Source of the DNA: an uncultured Nocardioides sp.
GTDB taxonomy: Bacteria > Actinomycetota > Actinomycetes > Propionibacteriales > Nocardioidaceae
Direction of reading: 5' to 3'
Assembly (NCBI GenBank): GCA_964544855.1
Contig: CAZJDU010000003.1
Location: forward strand, 8,545 to 72,544
Length of the DNA: 64,000 nt
The first letter of the stretch is position 1, and each line of letters starts with the position of its first letter. The notes beneath the pieces were generated by a model that was not told the origin of the DNA, searched no databases, and saw only the letters and a program-made list of their open reading frames with translations. Of this stretch, positions 7,837 to 21,245 are shown one piece after another. The translations under genes were made by a program, and so were the position numbers.

Positions 7837-9288
7837 ATGGCCGACTATCCGGGAGTGTTCCGCTCCCCACCCCGGACCGCCGTCGCCGAGCGCGCCGCGC
7901 GGGTACGGTTCCGTCGCGCGCTGTCGTTGATGGTGCTCACCCTCGTCGTGCCCGGCTCCGCCCAGCTGCTCGCCGGTCACCGCGGCATCGGACGGCTCGC
8001 GCTCCGGATCTGGCTCGGGCTGCTCGCCCTCGGCGCGGTCACCGCCCTGGTCGTGCTGCTGCACCGGCCGGTGGCCTTCTGGCTGGTGTCCAACACCGAC
8101 GTCCTGCTCGTGGTGCGCATCGGGCTGTTCGCCGTCGCCATCGGGTGGGCGCTGCTCTTCATCGACGCCTGGCGGATCGGCAACCCGCTCACCCTCGCAC
8201 TGCCGCAGCGGCGCGCGGCGATCGGCGTCAACGGGCTGCTGTGTCTCTCCGTCGCCGGCTCGCTGCTGTTCGGAGCGCACCTCGTCGGCGTGCAGCGCGA
8301 CTTCATGCTCACCCTCTTCGGTGACGGACAGGCCACCGCCGCCGAGCACGGCCGCTACAACGTGCTGCTGCTCGGAGGCGACTCGGGCAAGGGCCGGTGG
8401 GGCCTGCGGCCGGACTCGATCCAGGTCGCCTCCATCGACGCCGAGACCGGCCGCACCGTGCTGATCGGACTGCCGCGCAACCTGCAGGACTTCCCGTTCT
8501 CCGACGGGTCGGTGATGGCCGAGCAGTTCCCGCGGGGCTTCGACTGCGACGAGTGCTACCTCAACAGCGTCAGCACCTGGGCGCAGGACCACACCGAGCT
8601 CTTCGACGACCCCGAGTCCGCCGGCACCGACGCGACCGTCATGGCGGTCGAGGGCGTCACGGGACTGACCATCAACTACTGGGCCATGGTCAACCTGCAG
8701 GGCTTCAAGGACCTCGTCGACGCCGTCGGCGGCGTCACGCTGCAGGTGCGCCAGCCGATCCCGATCGGGCTGCCGTCCGACGACTTCTACGACCACATCG
8801 AGCCCGGTCGGCGCGAGCTCACGGGATTCGAGGCACTGTGGTTCGCCCGGGCCCGTCACGACTCCGACGACTACTCCCGCATGGCGCGACAGAAGTGCGT
8901 GCTCGGTGCCATGGTGCAGCAGATCAGCCCGCAGTCGGCCGTCCGCAACTTCCGCTCCCTCGCGGAGGCATCGGCGGAGATGCTCTCGACCGACCTCCCC
9001 GCCTCGGAGGTCGACCGCTTCATCGACCTCGCGCTGAAGGCGCGCGACCAGCAGATCTCCACGCTGTCGGTGGTGCCGCCGATGATCGACACCGCCGACC
9101 CCGACATCGACCTCGTGCACGACAAGGTGCAGCAGGCGATCGACCGCGCCGAGGGCGACGCCCCCGCGCCGAAGAAGGCCACGAAGGCGAGGAAGCGGTC
9201 CGACCGGGGCGTGACCGGCGGCTCCATCGGCTCCCTCTCCGAGGGATATGCGGCCAACCAGGCCGACGACCTCAGCGCCGCGTGCTGA
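7837..9288 (+). CDS. LCP family protein with N-terminal membrane domain
   Basis: LLLGGDSG..RPDS, GLPRN, WFARAR..DDYSRMARQ. Confidence 0.9.
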   Translation: MADYPGVFRSPPRTAVAERAARVRFRRALSLMVLTLVVPGSAQLLAGHRGIGRLALRIWLGLLALGAVTALVVLLHRPVAFWLVSNTDVLLVVRIGLFAVAIGWALLFIDAWRIGNPLTLALPQRRAAIGVNGLLCLSVAGSLLFGAHLVGVQRDFMLTLFGDGQATAAEHGRYNVLLLGGDSGKGRWGLRPDSIQVASIDAETGRTVLIGLPRNLQDFPFSDGSVMAEQFPRGFDCDECYLNSVSTWAQDHTELFDDPESAGTDATVMAVEGVTGLTINYWAMVNLQGFKDLVDAVGGVTLQVRQPIPIGLPSDDFYDHIEPGRRELTGFEALWFARARHDSDDYSRMARQKCVLGAMVQQISPQSAVRNFRSLAEASAEMLSTDLPASEVDRFIDLALKARDQQISTLSVVPPMIDTADPDIDLVHDKVQQAIDRAEGDAPAPKKATKARKRSDRGVTGGSIGSLSEGYAANQADDLSAAC

Positions 9289-9303
9289 GCACCACCCTCC
9301 GGG

Positions 9304-10080
9304 TCAGCCGCCGGCGAAGGCAGCCACCACGGCGTCGTACGTCGCCCGGTCCGGGGCGGCGACGATGCCGCCGCCGAGTGCCCGGGGGGCGAACCCGGAG
9401 CCGTCGAGCATGCCGATGTGGCCGCCGGCCTCGCTGAGCAGCAGCGAGCCCGGCAGGTGGTCCCACGGCTTGCTGTGGTTGTAGACCAGGGCCCGGGCCT
9501 CGCCGGCGATGAGCTGGGGGTAGTCGACGCCGCAGCACGCCCAGGTCAGCTCCAGCGTGCCGAGCCCGGGCAGCTCCCGTCCGACCCACTTCCGGCGTGC
9601 GGTGCGGTAGGGCGCGCTGTCCGGTGCGGGCACGCGCAGCAGCGCACCGTTGAGCCGAGCGCCGCCGCCGCGCTCCGCGACGTACGCCGCCCGGTGCTGC
9701 GGCTGCCAGATCCAGCTGCGCTCCACCGAGCCGTCGCGCACCTCCGCGAGCATCACCGCATGGTCGGGCGAGCCGTTGACGAAGTTCTTGGTGCCGTCGA
9801 CCGGGTCGATGGTGAATCCGTGGTCGGCAGCGGCGAACCGGGCCAGCAGGCCGGGGTCGTGGGCCGCCGCCTCCTCGCCGAGCACGACCGCGTCCGGATA
9901 GGCCTCCAGCAGTGCCGCGGTGAGCAGCTCCTCCGACTCGTGGTCGGCCACGGTGACCAGGTCACCGGGGTTCTTCTCGGTCACCTGGTGTTCGGCGAGC
10001 GCGCGGAACCGCGGCGTGATCACCTCGTCGGCGACGCTCTGGATCAGCGTCAGCACGTCCCCGGTCTCCACGGGCTCCAC
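9304..10080 (-). CDS. Inositol monophosphatase family protein
   Basis: DLVTVAD, GEE, IDPVDGTKNF, PWDH. Confidence 0.9.
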   Translation of the reverse strand: MEPVETGDVLTLIQSVADEVITPRFRALAEHQVTEKNPGDLVTVADHESEELLTAALLEAYPDAVVLGEEAAAHDPGLLARFAAADHGFTIDPVDGTKNFVNGSPDHAVMLAEVRDGSVERSWIWQPQHRAAYVAERGGGARLNGALLRVPAPDSAPYRTARRKWVGRELPGLGTLELTWACCGVDYPQLIAGEARALVYNHSKPWDHLPGSLLLSEAGGHIGMLDGSGFAPRALGGGIVAAPDRATYDAVVAAFAGG

Positions 10081-10154
10081 CGTAGTGCAGCCACGCGCCG
10101 CCCCGGGTGCCGGTGAGGACGCCGCTCCCGCGGAAACCTCGTAGGGTGTCCGCC

Positions 10155-11066
10155 GTGCGTGTGCTGGCCGTCGTGGTGACCTTCAACCGTCTGTCGCTGC
10201 TGCAGCGGCTCGTGGCCCGGCTCGAGGAGATCGGCGACCTCGACGGTGTGCTCGTCGTCGACAACGCCTCCACCGACGGTACGGCGGAGTGGCTGGCCGG
10301 CCGGGAGCCGCAGTCCTCGGCTGTCCCGGTGCGGCACCGCACCCTCGACCGCAACCGCGGCGGCGCGGGCGGCTTCCACCACGGCCTGGCCTGGGCGGTC
10401 GAGGAGGGCGCCGACCGGGTCTGGCTGATGGACGACGACGGTCTCCCCGACCCCGACTGCCTGGCCACGCTGCTCGCCCACGACGGTCTCGACTTCTGGG
10501 GTCCGCTCGTCGTCGACGAGGAGGCGCCCGACCGGCTGGTGTTCCCGATCCGGCTGCCGGGCGGCACCAGCGTGGTGCACGATGTCGGCACCGCCGAGCG
10601 CGCGGCCGGTGGGGGAGTGCTGGACGGCATCGTGATCCCGTTCAACGGCGTGCTCGTCACCCGCGAGCTCGTCGAGCGGATCGGCCTCCCGCGCGAGGAG
10701 TTCTTCATCTGGGGTGACGACCACGAGTACCGGCTGCGCGCGGAGGCGGCCGGTGCCCGGATCGCGACGATCACCGGCGCGAAGGTGCGGCATCCGTCGA
10801 TCGGCGAGCTCGGTACGCCGATGATGGGTGGGCGCACGACGTACAACCACAGTCCGAGCGACCTCAAGCACTACTGCATGGCGCGCAACAACACGCTCAA
10901 CCTGCGGACCTACCGCGGCTGGCCCCACGTGCTGCTGTTCTGGCTCAAGACGGTCTGGTTCTACCTCCTCACCCGGCCGCAGCCGCGGCGGATCCCGCTG
11001 AGCGCGAGGGCGGCGTACGACGGGCTGCGCGGCGACTTCACCGGGCATGAGAGGTTTCTCCGGTGA
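10155..11066 (+). CDS. GT2 glycosyltransferase, GlfT1-like
   Basis: VVTFNR, VDNASTD, GGAGGF, WLMDDD, FIWGDD; start uncertain (10107-10155). Confidence 0.88.
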   Translation: MRVLAVVVTFNRLSLLQRLVARLEEIGDLDGVLVVDNASTDGTAEWLAGREPQSSAVPVRHRTLDRNRGGAGGFHHGLAWAVEEGADRVWLMDDDGLPDPDCLATLLAHDGLDFWGPLVVDEEAPDRLVFPIRLPGGTSVVHDVGTAERAAGGGVLDGIVIPFNGVLVTRELVERIGLPREEFFIWGDDHEYRLRAEAAGARIATITGAKVRHPSIGELGTPMMGGRTTYNHSPSDLKHYCMARNNTLNLRTYRGWPHVLLFWLKTVWFYLLTRPQPRRIPLSARAAYDGLRGDFTGHERFLR

Positions 11067-11947
11067 TCCCGTCCGTCGCGATCGTCGTCGTGACCTACAA
11101 CCGCGCCGACCTGCTCGAGAAGATGCTCGCCGGCCTGGCCCGGCTCGACCCGGCACCGGACCGGGTGATCGTCGTCGACAACGCCAGCACCGACCGCACG
11201 CCGGACGTGCTGGCCGACGCCGACGTCGAGGTGATCCGCAGCGAGGAGAACCTCGGCGGTGCCGGCGGCTTCCACCGGGGCGTGCAGGCGGCCCACGACG
11301 CGGGTGTCGACCGGATCTGGCTGATGGACGACGACGTCGTCCCGGCGCCGGACTGCCTCGGTGTCCTCCTCGCGCGCGAGGAGGACTGCCTGATGGCGGT
11401 CCGCGAGGACAGCCGCGGTGCGCTCGCGGAGTACGCCGCGGTCCGCTTCGACCTGGCCCGGCCGTGGGCGATCAAGCCGAAGACCGCGAGCGTCGTGGGC
11501 ACCTACCCCGACCGGGCGGCGATGCCCGCGACGGTGCCGCTGGAGAACGTCGCCTTCGAGGGGTTCATGATCAGCCGCCGCGTCGTCGACGCGATCGGGC
11601 TGCCGGACGACTCGTTCTTCATCTTCTACGACGACTGCGACTACGCCATCCGTGCCCGCCGGGCGGGGTTCCCGATCCTGGCCGTGCGTGACGCCGTGCT
11701 GGTCCGCCAGCTCGACTTCGACCAACAGCACGACCTGTCCGGTTGGAAGGGCTACTACATGTACCGCAACCTCTTCGCGGTGCACTTCCGCTACGGCGAG
11801 AACGCGCTCGTGCGGTTCAAGCCGTGGCTGATCACCGTCGCCGTGGTGGTGCTCAGCCCGCTGCGCGGTGGACGGGCCGAGGCACGCAACGTCACTCGGG
11901 CGCTTCGTGACGCCCGTCGGATGCGGCGGCCCGGTCCGACTCGATGA
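11063..11947 (+). CDS. GT2 glycosyltransferase, GlfT1-like paralog
   Basis: VVTYNR, NLGGAGGF, WLMDDD, FIFYDD; 4-bp overlap with upstream GT. Confidence 0.88.
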   Translation: MIPSVAIVVVTYNRADLLEKMLAGLARLDPAPDRVIVVDNASTDRTPDVLADADVEVIRSEENLGGAGGFHRGVQAAHDAGVDRIWLMDDDVVPAPDCLGVLLAREEDCLMAVREDSRGALAEYAAVRFDLARPWAIKPKTASVVGTYPDRAAMPATVPLENVAFEGFMISRRVVDAIGLPDDSFFIFYDDCDYAIRARRAGFPILAVRDAVLVRQLDFDQQHDLSGWKGYYMYRNLFAVHFRYGENALVRFKPWLITVAVVVLSPLRGGRAEARNVTRALRDARRMRRPGPTR

Positions 11948-12977
11948 GCCGCACCCGCCAGCCGTCGCGATTGCCGGTGGCGAGTCCGCCGGCCCAGACG
12001 GCGACCGCGCCCAGCACAGCGCCGGCGATCACGTCGACCGCGAAGTGCCAGCCCAGATAGATCGTCGACAGGCAGGTCAGCGCCAGGAACACCCACGCGG
12101 CGATCCGGACCGCGCGGGGGAGCCGGACGAGCTCGGCGACCAGGCACAGCGTCACCATGATGGCCACGTGCAACGAGGCGAAGGCAGCGATCGACTGGAG
12201 CGCTGTGGTGCTCCACGGGTCGGCGAGCACAGCCTGTCGATCGGCGAGCATGTCCTCCTGGAGACCGCCCACGTACGTGCGGGGGAGTCCGTCGAAGGCG
12301 CCGGCGTCGGTGTAGACGGGTCCGAGTGTCGGCAGCAGCAGGTACGTGAGGGCTCCGAGCAGCCAGTCGACCGCCACCGCCGTGACGTACCAGGCGCCGG
12401 CAGCGGTGCGGCGGGTCCACACCAGGGCACAGGCGATCGACAGCGGCACCAGGCCGATCCACAGCAGGTAGACGGCGGAGAGCAGGTGGGCTGCGATGCC
12501 GGTGCCGAGGACCTCGTGCAGCACGGTTGCCGGGTCGTGACCCGCGAAGAGCCAACGGTCGGCAGCGGCGAGCTGCTCGTCGTACCGGTCGTCGTGGACG
12601 AACGGGGCCATGCTCTTGACGTTGCGGAACGCGGAGTAGCACAGGTACCAGGCGGTCACCCCGCTGAGCGCGAACCACCACTGCGATGCCGGCCAGCGCT
12701 CCCGCACGACGTCGTGCGAGAGCCTCCGCAGCGTCGGGAGCCCCAGGGAGTGCTGCCGGGCGGCGCGGTGCATCACCCGCGGCGCGACGTCCAGCAGGAT
12801 CGCGGCGAGCAGCACGGTGGGCATCCACAGGTAGCCGGCCCACACGTCGTCAGGGTCCCGGATCGGCAGGCGCTCGGTGAGCGCGAAGACGGCGGCGAGT
12901 GCGGTGAGCGTGGCGCCCACGATCCACGCCAGGGTGAACCGACGCAGAGCGGCGATGGGGGGACCGCCGTTGTTCAT
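11892..12977 (-). CDS. PAP2-superfamily membrane protein (IPC-synthase/PAP2_3-like)
   Basis: Multiple TM helices, PTLGP, AFASLH, YLGWHFAVD. Confidence 0.8.
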   Translation of the reverse strand: MNNGGPPIAALRRFTLAWIVGATLTALAAVFALTERLPIRDPDDVWAGYLWMPTVLLAAILLDVAPRVMHRAARQHSLGLPTLRRLSHDVVRERWPASQWWFALSGVTAWYLCYSAFRNVKSMAPFVHDDRYDEQLAAADRWLFAGHDPATVLHEVLGTGIAAHLLSAVYLLWIGLVPLSIACALVWTRRTAAGAWYVTAVAVDWLLGALTYLLLPTLGPVYTDAGAFDGLPRTYVGGLQEDMLADRQAVLADPWSTTALQSIAAFASLHVAIMVTLCLVAELVRLPRAVRIAAWVFLALTCLSTIYLGWHFAVDVIAGAVLGAVAVWAGGLATGNRDGWRVRLIESDRAAASDGRHEAPE

Positions 12978-13066
12978 CAGATCAGGATAGGAAGAGATGA
13001 CGACCGATGTCCGGCGTGTCGACCTTCACCTCGGATGGGAGCACGCCCCATCCATCCGTAGACTGA

Positions 13067-16234
<3,168 letters not shown>

Positions 16235-16242
<8 letters not shown>

Positions 16243-17149
16243 GGAGCCGGGAGCCCGCCACAACCTGGCCGAGCTCCCGCTCGCACCGCCGACCGCCGAC
16301 AACGGGCTCCTCGCGGTCTTCCGCAAGCGCTACCTGCTCCGGCTGCTGGTCCGGCGCGAGATCAGCGCGCGCTACCGGGGATCGTTCCTGGGACTGCTGT
16401 GGTCCTACATCAACCCCGCTGCACAGTTCTTCGTGTACTTCGTGGTCATCGGCTACATCATCGAGCTCCACAAGAACACCCCGTACTTCGGCATCCACCT
16501 CTTCGCCGGTCTGGTGGTCGTGGGCTTCTTCACCGAGACCTTCGGAGCCGGGACCCGGTCGATCGTGCGGAACTCGTCGATCGTCACCCGGATGCCCCTG
16601 CCTCGTGAGATGTTCCCGGTGGCGACGATGCTGACGTCGCTCTACCACATGGGTCCCCAGCTGGTGATCCTCACCGTTGCGTGCCTGTTCGTCGGCTGGA
16701 CGCCGGACCCGATGGGCATGGTGGCGTTCCTGATGGCCGTGGTGATGATCATGCTGCTCGGCACCGCCGCAGCGTTGATGTTCTCCGTCGCCAACGTCTT
16801 CCTGCGCGACTTCGGCAACATCGTCAACGTGATGCAGCTCTTCGTGCGTTTCAGCGTGCCGATGATCTACCCCTACAGCATGGTCGCGGAGCGATTCGAC
16901 TTCGAGATCCTCGGACGTCCTGCCTCTGACTTCTACCTGCTGAACCCACTGGCCGAGGCGGTGCTGCTGATGCAACGTGCGTTCTGGGTGGGCACCCATC
17001 CGGACGGGATCGATCACGCCATCGCGACCGAGCTTCCCCCCAACCTCATGACGCTCGGCCTCGTGTTCATCGGGGTCAGCCTGGTGCTGCTGGTCATTGC
17101 GCAGCTGACCTTCACGAAGTTCGAGAAGCGGATCCCGGAGCGCCTCTGA
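16235..17149 (+). CDS. ABC-2 polysaccharide export permease (Wzm/TagG-like)
   Basis: ARYRGSFLGLLWS, RDF, YLLNPL; six TM segments. Confidence 0.9.
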
Positions 17150-17913
17150 TGGTGACGATGATCGAGCTCGAGCACGCAACGAAGAACTTCACGTTGCAGT
17201 ACCACCGCACCTTCAAGGACGTCACGGTCGCGCTCGCGAAGCGACAGCAGATCTCTGAGACCTTCCAGGCCGTCGACGACGTCTCCTTCAGTGTCGAGGA
17301 GGGCGAGGCCATCGGGCTGATGGGGCTCAACGGGTCCGGCAAGTCCACCCTGCTGAAGATGATCAGCGGCGTGATGCGGCCCGACTCCGGCAGCGTCCTC
17401 ACCCGCGGCCGGATCGCCGGCCTGATCGCGACCGGCGCCGGCTTCCACTCCCAGCTCACCGGCCGGGAGAACATGATCCTCAACGCGGCGATCCTCGGGA
17501 TGAGCGAGAAGGAGACCAACCGCAAGATGGAGGAGATCGTCGAGTTCGCCGATCTCGGCCACCGCATCGACACCGAGGTCGGCCACTACTCCTCCGGCCA
17601 GAAGGCCCGGCTCGGGTTCTCGGTCGCGATCCACGTCGACTCCGACATCTTCCTCGCCGACGAGGCCCTCGCGGTCGGCGACAAGCCGTTCAAGAAGAAG
17701 TGCCTGAAGAAGATGGAGGAGGTCCGCACGAGCGGGCGGACCCTCTTCTACGTCACCCACGCCCCGGCCCAGGTGCGCAAGATGTGCACCCGCGCCATCG
17801 TCCTCGAGAAGGGGAAGCTCGGCTTCGACGGCGAGGTCGAGGCCGGCATCAAGTATCTCCAGTACGACGAGGACAAGGACGGCTTCGACGAGGAGACCGG
17901 CGACGACATCTAG
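17149..17913 (+). CDS. ABC polysaccharide export ATPase (Wzt/TagH-like)
   Basis: GLNGSGKST, YSSGQKARLGF, DEALAVGD. Confidence 0.92.
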   Translation: MVTMIELEHATKNFTLQYHRTFKDVTVALAKRQQISETFQAVDDVSFSVEEGEAIGLMGLNGSGKSTLLKMISGVMRPDSGSVLTRGRIAGLIATGAGFHSQLTGRENMILNAAILGMSEKETNRKMEEIVEFADLGHRIDTEVGHYSSGQKARLGFSVAIHVDSDIFLADEALAVGDKPFKKKCLKKMEEVRTSGRTLFYVTHAPAQVRKMCTRAIVLEKGKLGFDGEVEAGIKYLQYDEDKDGFDEETGDDI

Positions 17914-18021
17914 TCGGCTTCGCCGACCTGCTCGCTTCGCTCGCCGCACGGCGAGGAGCTCGCTTCACTCGCCGCTTTGTTGTTCCGTGCATCCAGGCTC
18001 ACGTCGCTCGTGGATGCACGG
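17913..18021. repeat. REP-like cluster and stem-loop
   Basis: CTCGCTTCRCTCGCCGC direct repeat at 17931 and 17959; 11-bp IR 17985-17995/18011-18021. Confidence 0.55.
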
Positions 18022-18211
18022 TCGAACGACTCGCTGGCGCTCGCCGTGGGAGTGCTGGCGCCGGCCGGCGAGGAGAAAGTCCTTCCGATCGGCGTGTCGG
18101 CTGGAAATTACACGATTGTAGTTACTCACCACCTCTTCCCAAGGGCTGTGACGCGTGTGAAAGTTGCTACTCGTGTGACTACTTGCCCGCACACAGTTGG
18201 AGCGAATCACC

Positions 18212-20353
18212 ATGGATGCGCAGCAGAATCTCGGTCCGCGGCGCCGTGGCCCGTGGGGTTGGTGGTCGTCGACCGACCGTCCGGACCGACGTACCGACCG
18301 CAGCTCTCGGAGCACGTTCGTGACCACCTGCCAGCAGCTCCTCGTGCTGGCCGTCGTGGCAGCCCTGCTGGTCCCGGCTGCCGACACCGTCTCGCTGGAC
18401 GTCCGGCCCTCGGGGCCCAGCGGCGGGGCAGCGGTGACGACCGCGGCCGCCGAGGACGAGTCGGCCGAGGTCCCGACCGGGAGCGTCGACCCCGAGATCA
18501 GTGAGTACCAGCTCAGCGCCCCGCCGGGAGCGCGAGCGCGGGGCACTGCGCCGCGCGCCAGCGCGCGTCCGCTGGGCAAGGGACAGCGCGTGCTGAGCGA
18601 TGCGTTGCCCGTGGCCGGACTGGCCGCCGTCGGCGTCACCTGGGACGCGGGGGAGCAGGTCGACGAGTCCGCCATCGACGTCGCGGTGCGTGGCCGGACG
18701 GGCAACGGCTGGTCCAGCTGGGTCGACCTGGCCTACCACGGCGACGAGCACGGTCCGGACGCAGGCACCCGCGAGGCGGCCCGCGCCACGCGACCGGGCA
18801 CCGACGCGTTCGTGCTGGCCGACGCGGACCGCGTCCAGGTGCGCATCGACGCCGCGCGGCGGATCCCCCAGGACCTGCGGCTCGCGGTGATCGACCCGGG
18901 CGAGGCCGAGCGGACCACGCGGCAGGAGCCCGCGATCGACACCGCCGCGGAGGAGGCGCCGGCCCGGACGACCGACGGCCGGGTCGCGGCGCGGGTCTCG
19001 ACCACCGCCTCGAAGCCGCGCATCTTCTCGCGCCGGCAGTGGGGCGCCGACGAGTCACTGCGGGACAAGGGGTCGCTGAGCTACGGCACGGTGAAGGCCG
19101 GGTTCGTGCACCACACCGTCAATGGCAACGGCTACTCCAAGGGGGAGGTCCCCGGGATCATCCGGAGCATCTACGCCTACCACACCCGGTCCCTCGGGTG
19201 GAGCGACATCGGCTACAACTACCTGATCGACAAGTTCGGCCGGATCTGGGAGGGCCGCGCCGGCGGCGTCCGCCGTCCCGTGATCGGCGCGCACACCCGC
19301 GGCTACAACCACGCCTCGTTCGGTGCCTCGGCGATCGGCAACTTCGAGCAGGTCCGGCCCCGGCGCGCGATGCTCGGCGCCTTCAGCCGGCTGATGGCCT
19401 GGAAGCTCGCGATCCACGGCTATCGCCCGAAGGGCAAGCGCCGCATCGACGGGCGAGTCGTGAAGGCGATCAGCGGCCATCGCGACGCCGGGTCCACCGC
19501 GTGTCCTGGCCGCTACCTCTACGACAAGCTGCCCGCGATCCGCACCCGCGCTCGGGAGCTCCAGGGGAGCTTCCGCGGCCGCGAGCTGGAGTCCGACCTG
19601 GCGGGCAAGGCCTATCCCGACCTGGTGCTACGCCGGAAGTCCGACGGCAGGATCTTCCTGCTGCCGATCAAGAAGCGCGACGGCCGCTACCGTGCTGGGA
19701 AGCCCGCGAGCACCAACCGGAGGTTCCCGCACGCTCTCAACGTGTGGAACGCCGGCGACTGGGACCGAGACGGGCACAGCGACCTGATGACGCGCCGTCC
19801 GGACGGCAGGATCTTCCTCTATCGCGGCACCGGCACCCGGAAGTTCCGTGGACCGAACCTCATCGCCACCGGGGCCGCCGACAAGCGCCTGATGGCGGCG
19901 GTCGGTGACTTCACCGGTGACGGCTGGCCCGACCTGATGGGCAAGAAGAAGGGCGGCAGCTTCAGGCTCTGGCCCGGCAAGGGCCTCAACGGGCTGCGCA
20001 AGCCGATCCGCGCGTACGGCAAGGTCAACGGCCGGCGGCAGATCGCCACCGGCCGATGGAACCGCGGCGGGGCGCCCGACACGTTCATCCGGGGCAAGCA
20101 CAAGCTCTGGGTCTACCACGGCAACGGCCCGGGCGGTCTGGTCGGTCGCCAGCACGTGCCGGTGGCGATCAACAACTACGACTGGTTCGTCGCCGTCAGC
20201 GATGTCGACCGCTCCGGCGGCCACGCCGACGTGATCGCCCGGCAGAAGGGAACCAACCGGCTCTTCATCCTGCGGGGGAGGTGGGACGGCGGACTGCGGT
20301 CCCCGGTGCCCCTCGGCCGCAGGGTCGCCAGCGGGGTCCAGGCGATGGGCTGA
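18212..20353 (+). CDS. N-acetylmuramoyl-L-alanine amidase (Amidase_2/PGRP-like) with FG-GAP-like repeats
   Basis: FVHHT, GWSDIGYN, GAHT, GHRD..TACPG; C-terminal GDWDRDG/GDFTGDG repeats. Confidence 0.88.
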   Translation: MDAQQNLGPRRRGPWGWWSSTDRPDRRTDRSSRSTFVTTCQQLLVLAVVAALLVPAADTVSLDVRPSGPSGGAAVTTAAAEDESAEVPTGSVDPEISEYQLSAPPGARARGTAPRASARPLGKGQRVLSDALPVAGLAAVGVTWDAGEQVDESAIDVAVRGRTGNGWSSWVDLAYHGDEHGPDAGTREAARATRPGTDAFVLADADRVQVRIDAARRIPQDLRLAVIDPGEAERTTRQEPAIDTAAEEAPARTTDGRVAARVSTTASKPRIFSRRQWGADESLRDKGSLSYGTVKAGFVHHTVNGNGYSKGEVPGIIRSIYAYHTRSLGWSDIGYNYLIDKFGRIWEGRAGGVRRPVIGAHTRGYNHASFGASAIGNFEQVRPRRAMLGAFSRLMAWKLAIHGYRPKGKRRIDGRVVKAISGHRDAGSTACPGRYLYDKLPAIRTRARELQGSFRGRELESDLAGKAYPDLVLRRKSDGRIFLLPIKKRDGRYRAGKPASTNRRFPHALNVWNAGDWDRDGHSDLMTRRPDGRIFLYRGTGTRKFRGPNLIATGAADKRLMAAVGDFTGDGWPDLMGKKKGGSFRLWPGKGLNGLRKPIRAYGKVNGRRQIATGRWNRGGAPDTFIRGKHKLWVYHGNGPGGLVGRQHVPVAINNYDWFVAVSDVDRSGGHADVIARQKGTNRLFILRGRWDGGLRSPVPLGRRVASGVQAMG

Positions 20354-20374
20354 CCCCACCGCTGGTGCTGGCGC

Positions 20375-21097
20375 TCAGGCGGGGAAGCGGGCAGTGGCGC
20401 GCTCGGCGGCGTAGGTCTCGTCGAGCCGGTCCTGCTCGGCCCGAGCGACCAGCACCAGCGAGCCGCCACGGTGCAGCGGCTCGGTGAGGACGGCGGGCTC
20501 GGTGACCGGGTTCGCCACCGAGAGCAGGCGGCCGCCGTCGGCCACGAGCGACCCCTCGGCGGCCGCGCCCGACTGCGCGAGGTCCGCCTGGGACACCTCC
20601 CGCCCCGACGCCCGGACGGCCGGGTCCGAGGCATCCGGTGGGTCCCACGGCGTGAACGCGTCCGGCTGCGACCAGATCTCGACCCCGACGTCGTGCACGC
20701 CCTGCGGCACGGGGTCGGAGAACCGGACGCCGAGAGGCAGCAGCGAGCACGCCAGCACGACCCGTTCGCCGGTCGTCGGTGCCCAGCGGGGGAGCTCGTC
20801 GGGGCCGCACACCACGACCGTCGGGTCGTCGGCGTCGGTGACGACCAGGCCTGCGGTCCACGCAGCGCCCAGGAAGACCGCGCCGAGCCAATGGGGCGGC
20901 AGGTCGATCCGGATCGTGTCGCCGCGCTCCAGGTCGAGCTCGTCGACCAGCAGCGAGCCGGCCTTCGCGACCCAGTTGGCGTAGGTCGCGACCGACAGCT
21001 CGACGCGTTCCCCGGTGGCGTGGTCGTAGAAGGTGACCAGGGGCTGGGCAGCGTCGTCCCGGAGCCGACGGGCGAGCGTCTCGGCGAAGGTACTCAC
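20375..21097 (-). CDS. TIGR03089 family protein
   Basis: TFYDHATGERVELS...NWVAK, LPPHW, GGSLVLV. Confidence 0.85.
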   Translation of the reverse strand: MSTFAETLARRLRDDAAQPLVTFYDHATGERVELSVATYANWVAKAGSLLVDELDLERGDTIRIDLPPHWLGAVFLGAAWTAGLVVTDADDPTVVVCGPDELPRWAPTTGERVVLACSLLPLGVRFSDPVPQGVHDVGVEIWSQPDAFTPWDPPDASDPAVRASGREVSQADLAQSGAAAEGSLVADGGRLLSVANPVTEPAVLTEPLHRGGSLVLVARAEQDRLDETYAAERATARFPA

Positions 21098-21141
21098 GGG
21101 GGACGAGGATAGAGCCCGCCGACTCGGCTACGCGGCGTGGC

Positions 21142-21212
21142 TCGCTTCGCGTCGCCCGCCGCCACGTACTGACGTCGCGCGGGCGGGTCGCTTCGCGTCG
21201 CCCGCCGCCACG
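21142..21212. repeat. REP-like 25-bp direct repeat pair
   Basis: TCGCTTCGCGTCGCCCGCCGCCACG at 21142-21166 and 21188-21212. Confidence 0.7.
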
Positions 21213-21245
21213 GGCTGACCGGCTGCGGAGCGCTAGTGTTCCCGC

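Noticed and set aside
17977-18504. 175-aa ORF upstream of the amidase
   Set aside because: Spans repeats and promoter DNA, atypical codons, and overlaps the amidase out of frame
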